From: Octopus sinensis
Taxonomy: Eukaryota
Direction of reading: 5' to 3'
Length of the DNA stretch: 64,000 nucleotides
Assembly (NCBI RefSeq): GCF_006345805.1
Contig: NC_043008.1
Location: forward strand, 13,764,001-13,828,000
This document shows positions 61,897 to 64,000 of this stretch, piece after piece (positions within the stretch are counted from its first letter, which is position 1; every line of letters begins with the position of its first letter). The notes under the pieces are model-generated. The model made no database searches. It saw nothing but the letters and a program-made list of their open reading frames with translations, and had not been told where the DNA came from. Position numbers and translations under genes: made by a program.

Positions 61897-62285
61897 GGAT
61901 GGAAGCACACCGTCGGTTACGACGACGAGGGTTCCGGTTGATCCGATCAACGGAACAGCCTGCTCGTGAAATTAACGTGTAAGTGGCTGAGCACTCCACA
62001 GACACGTGTACCCTTAACGTAGTTCTCGGGGATATTCAGCGTGACTCAGAGAGTGACAAGGCCGGCCCTTTGAAATACAGGTACAACAGAAACAGGAAGT
62101 AAGAGTGAGAGAAAGTTGTGGTGAAAGAGTACAGCAGGGATCACCACCATGCCCTGCCGGAGCCTCGTGGAGCTTTTTAGGTGCTTTCGCTCAATAAACA
62201 CTCACAACGCCTGGTCTGGGAATCGGGATCGCGATCCTACGACCGCCAGTCCGCTGCCCTAACCACTGGGCCATTGCACCTCCAC
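61897..62285 (-). mobile_element. SINE-D, full length, 9-bp TSD
   Basis: TSD ATTATCACT at 61888-96 and 62286-94. Confidence 0.93.
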
Positions 62286-62807
62286 ATTATCACTACAGTT
62301 GAATATTTAATAGTTAAGAGAAATTTCATGATAGGTTTATTTGAAATGTAGATGTGAATGATGAATATTTGTGTAGGTATCCAATATCAAGTTAGAATAA
62401 GTTGATTTCTGATCTCAAGTGAGAGTTTAAAACTGATTTATTTCAAACAGCGTGTACTTTTCTGAGAAGAAACACAATACTGTCAAAGTATTTGATTGGA
62501 TAACACGAATAAGAGTATGTCTTCTCCTGTCACGTATTTGTATTTGCTACATACTGGACCGCTTGTCTCAAACTATTTACAACATTAACAGGAAACAACT
62601 GAAAATAAATTTCATACGCCATTAATGTGCATCAAAATATAATAGATATGCAGATCAGATATACATAATATATACAGTATGTTAAATATATTAAAACAAA
62701 TGGGATTAAGGTTAAAAAAAATTTACTCATTAACTTTAACAGAGAGCAATGTTAATAAACCTAACCCATGGTCATATGACAGGTTCAAATCAAAATATAT
62801 ACATACA

Positions 62808-62973
62808 TACGAAAGTCCTCTTTCAGTTTCCGTCTACCAAATCCACTCACAAGGCTTTGGTCGGCCCGAGGCTATAGTAGAAGACACTTGCACAAGGTGA
62901 TACGTAGTGGGACTGAACCCGGAAACATGCGGTTCGTAAGCAAGCTACTTACCACACAGCCACTCCTATGCCT
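62808..62973 (-). mobile_element. SINE-B 5' half
   Basis: Reverse complement of the SINE-B head through GGAAACTGAAAGA. Confidence 0.88.
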
Positions 62974-64000
62974 ATAATGTCCATGTGTGTGTTTAAGCGT
63001 GCGTTCGTGTATTTGTGTGTGTATGCGTTCGTGTGTATTTATGTATATATAATTCATGGTCTCATAACACGGTCCGAAACGGTTTTCTGTAACGAACACA
63101 AAGTGCTCAATGATAAGACTTTAAAATCCAAGTATTGAATCACGTTTAAAACAAATACACACTTGTTAGATATGTTAGAATTTAAGTCAACTGTTCCAGA
63201 ATTCGCTAAAGTGTATCAACTACATTTCCCATCTCAGCTGTGTAGTATATATTTGTGTAAATCGTGTAAACACGATGTAGAGGAGAGACTGTATGGTTGT
63301 TAGCACTTTGTCAGAAGTCCAAATCACTATTCTGTAACAGATTAAGCTGCCAAGAAGCAAAACGTCCACTCCCTTTGCCTAACTGAGAAAACCTTGGATC
63401 AAGTAACAAGAACCGTGGCTTTGTTACGTCGGTTCCCCGATGCATTCTAAGCTTTAACTTTCAGGAATTAAACAAATTTGTGCTTTCAGAAACACCTGAT
63501 ACTTGTTAGGGTGGAGGAGAGAATCAATGCCTTGAGTTGGTCTTATTGACGTCACCAATGTGACAAACCTTTCTTAATTTAATTATGCCATTAGATAAGG
63601 ATTTTTACAAGCAGGAAAACAACCATGATTTTTTTACATTGCAGAATTGAGTCTACTAAGGTTATAAAGCTATAATTTATATAATTCATGGAGGTGATGA
63701 ACGGCAAACTCTTACTGGATTGATACACGTCACTCTGATTTACAGGGGCAAGAAAAAAATTTTTGTCACAGAAAAAGTAAATAGTTTGCAGGGTTTAAGA
63801 ATTCATTTCAGAGAAAAAAGAATTACAAGCTAAGGAGCGAAATCGGATCATTGTTTACACGAACTGTGATAAGTTTCAATCTCACAAGACGTCATCAGAT
63901 TTACAAAATTGTCTCGAACTAATGGACCTCTAACTTCATAAGTCAAAATAGATTTATTAATAATTTATTTTATAGTAATTGGCATAATTACATAAAAATA

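Noticed and set aside
63547-63559. CRE (TGACGTCA) directly followed by CCAAT as a promoter
   Set aside because: No associated gene or TSS is visible, and the same 8-mer also occurs inside a SINE near 28575, so chance is sufficient.
63694-63738. C/D box snoRNA (GTGATGA ... CTGA)
   Set aside because: It spans only 45 nt from box C to box D, with no terminal stem and no recognisable rRNA complementarity.

Overview
This is 64 kb of AT-rich eukaryotic DNA dense in microsatellites and transposons. The SINE families and repeat landscape look like an octopod cephalopod (Octopus sp.), though that is recall rather than a database match. I found no intact protein-coding gene, tRNA, rRNA or CRISPR array, and most ORFs in the track are microsatellite read-through. 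The supportable content is mobile DNA: two Penelope-like elements (PLEs), two CR1-group LINEs, two decayed R4/Dong-type LINEs, RTE fragments, Tc1, mariner and hAT remnants, a Helitron, two Helentron-type non-autonomous elements and four tRNA-derived SINE families (working labels SINE-A to SINE-D). The most interesting structure is at 10.6-15.7 kb: a 5'-truncated PLE (RT plus GIY-YIG) bracketed by ~1.08 kb, ~99% identical inverted copies of its own 3' tail. Both outer ends are element 3' ends abutting (TA)n. Each arm carries a minimal type I hammerhead ribozyme, one with an intact core and one with a GAAA>GGAA change. Five more short hammerhead-like motifs lie between 22 and 35 kb, four of them in cassettes bounded by (TA)n or CA/TA tracts. 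Two have a non-canonical CCGA(U/C)GA core, suggesting a ribozyme-bearing, microsatellite-targeting family of non-autonomous PLE or retrozyme-like elements. All alignments, mismatch counts and folds were done by eye.
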